DNA from: Nemertoderma westbladi
Taxonomy: Eukaryota > Animalia > Xenacoelomorpha
Length of the DNA stretch: 61,459 nucleotides
NCBI GenBank assembly: GCA_032718475.1
Contig: JAUCBJ010002322.1
Coordinates: 1-61,459, forward strand
Direction: 5' to 3'
Of the stretch, positions 60,441 to 61,459 are shown one piece after another. Under the pieces are notes generated by a model that made no database searches, was not told the origin of the DNA, and saw only the letters and a list, made by a program, of their open reading frames with translations. The position numbers and the translations under genes were made by a program. Each line of letters opens with the position of its first letter. Within the stretch, counting starts at the first letter, position 1.

Positions 60441-60636
60441 ATAGTGGACCTTGTTAACCACCAAAACCACTAACATGTTTATTTATCGCAATAATTGTAT
60501 TTAATAATTTTAATTTATAGTTCCGCCAGTATATTTATATTAACAAAATTTAGCTACAATTTAAGGATGCATTAATGCAGCGATGCTCATTGGCTAGACC
60601 CTTCAAAGCTAGCGTGCCGAAACGTAAACTGGACTC

Positions 60637-60706
60637 GCCCCCATGCGGGGGTTGAACCGACGACCTCCGAGAGATGTTAACTCAATGCAACCACTACACC
60701 ATGGCT
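60637..60706 (-). mobile_element. tRNA-derived SINE head / tRNA pseudogene
   Basis: A box TGGTGTAGTGG, B box GGTTCAACCCC on the minus strand. Confidence 0.55.
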
Positions 60707-61095
60707 ACAAGTAAGCATGAAATTGAGAAAAAAAAATTAAAATTAATTTTATTTTACTTTTATTGACGATGTTGACATGCAGAGATCTTGAAGGTGACGT
60801 GATAGTGAAAGCCGGGTTCGTCTAGCTGTAACTATTAACCCTTATACAAACACTAGCCTGATGAATGTTCAATTAATTAAATTAAATTTATCAATGAAAT
60901 ATGGTCTTATTATATCCGATATTTTCCCGTAGTATACACTGTATCATTTAGTTACTAATAATGGACTATATACTCAAAATTTAACTGCAGTCGAATTTAA
61001 TACAAACAAGAACAAATACAGAAGATAGGCAAATGACAATAGTAACTGTACTGCTAACCTTTATACAATAACAAAACTTCACTGGTGAATAACTC

Positions 61096-61262
61096 AGAGG
61101 TCAGTGCTTAATTCCAAGAAAATTACTTGGCACGCCAGATAATTGTATTGTTAACACTAAAAGTAATTAAACAAGAAGGGTTTCTTGTTTAATTACTTTA
61201 GTGTTAACAATACAATTATCTGGCGTGCCAAGTAATTTTCTTGGAATTAAGCACTGACCTCT
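61096..61262. repeat. Near-perfect palindrome (82-bp arms, 4-nt loop)
   Basis: 61096-61177 is the reverse complement of 61182-61262 with one 1-nt indel. Confidence 0.92.
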
Positions 61263-61459
61263 CTGCAATTTCTGACCATTCCTTTCTTTTCGACAATAGG
61301 TATTAACGTTCACTTCACCTTGACAGGCCGAATGTAAAACATTAACCCAATGAGATGGATTCATTGATTCATAACGAAGGAAACGTAAATATAGGACAAT
61401 AAGCGCTGACCTTTTAAGAGCTGGCAACATTTACTGTTGTTAGATTTATAATAAGTGTT

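Noticed and set aside
60857-60905. CTGATGA...GAAA hammerhead candidate
   Set aside because: No credible stems I or II in AT-rich sequence

Overview
AT-rich, repeat-dense eukaryotic (invertebrate, probably arthropod/crustacean-like; inference only) genomic DNA. Two spliced host genes can be assembled on the minus strand: a signal-peptide-bearing beta/gamma-crystallin-type Greek-key protein (exons 26396-26158, 24861-24704, 8935-8788, 3407-3257) and a GPI-anchor-type alpha-carbonic anhydrase (six exons, 58232-49628, including a 15-nt micro-exon). An orphan fibrinogen-domain pseudo-exon follows the carbonic anhydrase. The rest is nested transposons: a full-length Bel/Pao LTR element (10125-23299), a young GC-rich Mag-type Ty3/Gypsy element (40370-45241) inside a decayed LINE, several RTE, CR1-group and CRE-like LINE remnants, and several TIR elements. 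Two things stand out. (1) The Bel/Pao element has no tRNA primer-binding site; instead the 10 nt after the LTR are exactly complementary to an LTR-internal segment in self-priming register. It also carries a 10-copy hairpin array and an extra non-env triple zinc-knuckle ORF in the env position. (2) There are Penelope-style fold-back insertions (12-bp TSD, ~38-nt tail, inverted arms) carrying hammerhead ribozymes, and two unrelated tRNA-like Pol III units in which a hammerhead replaces the anticodon arm between the A and B boxes. All calls are from reading the sequence; no database searches were run.
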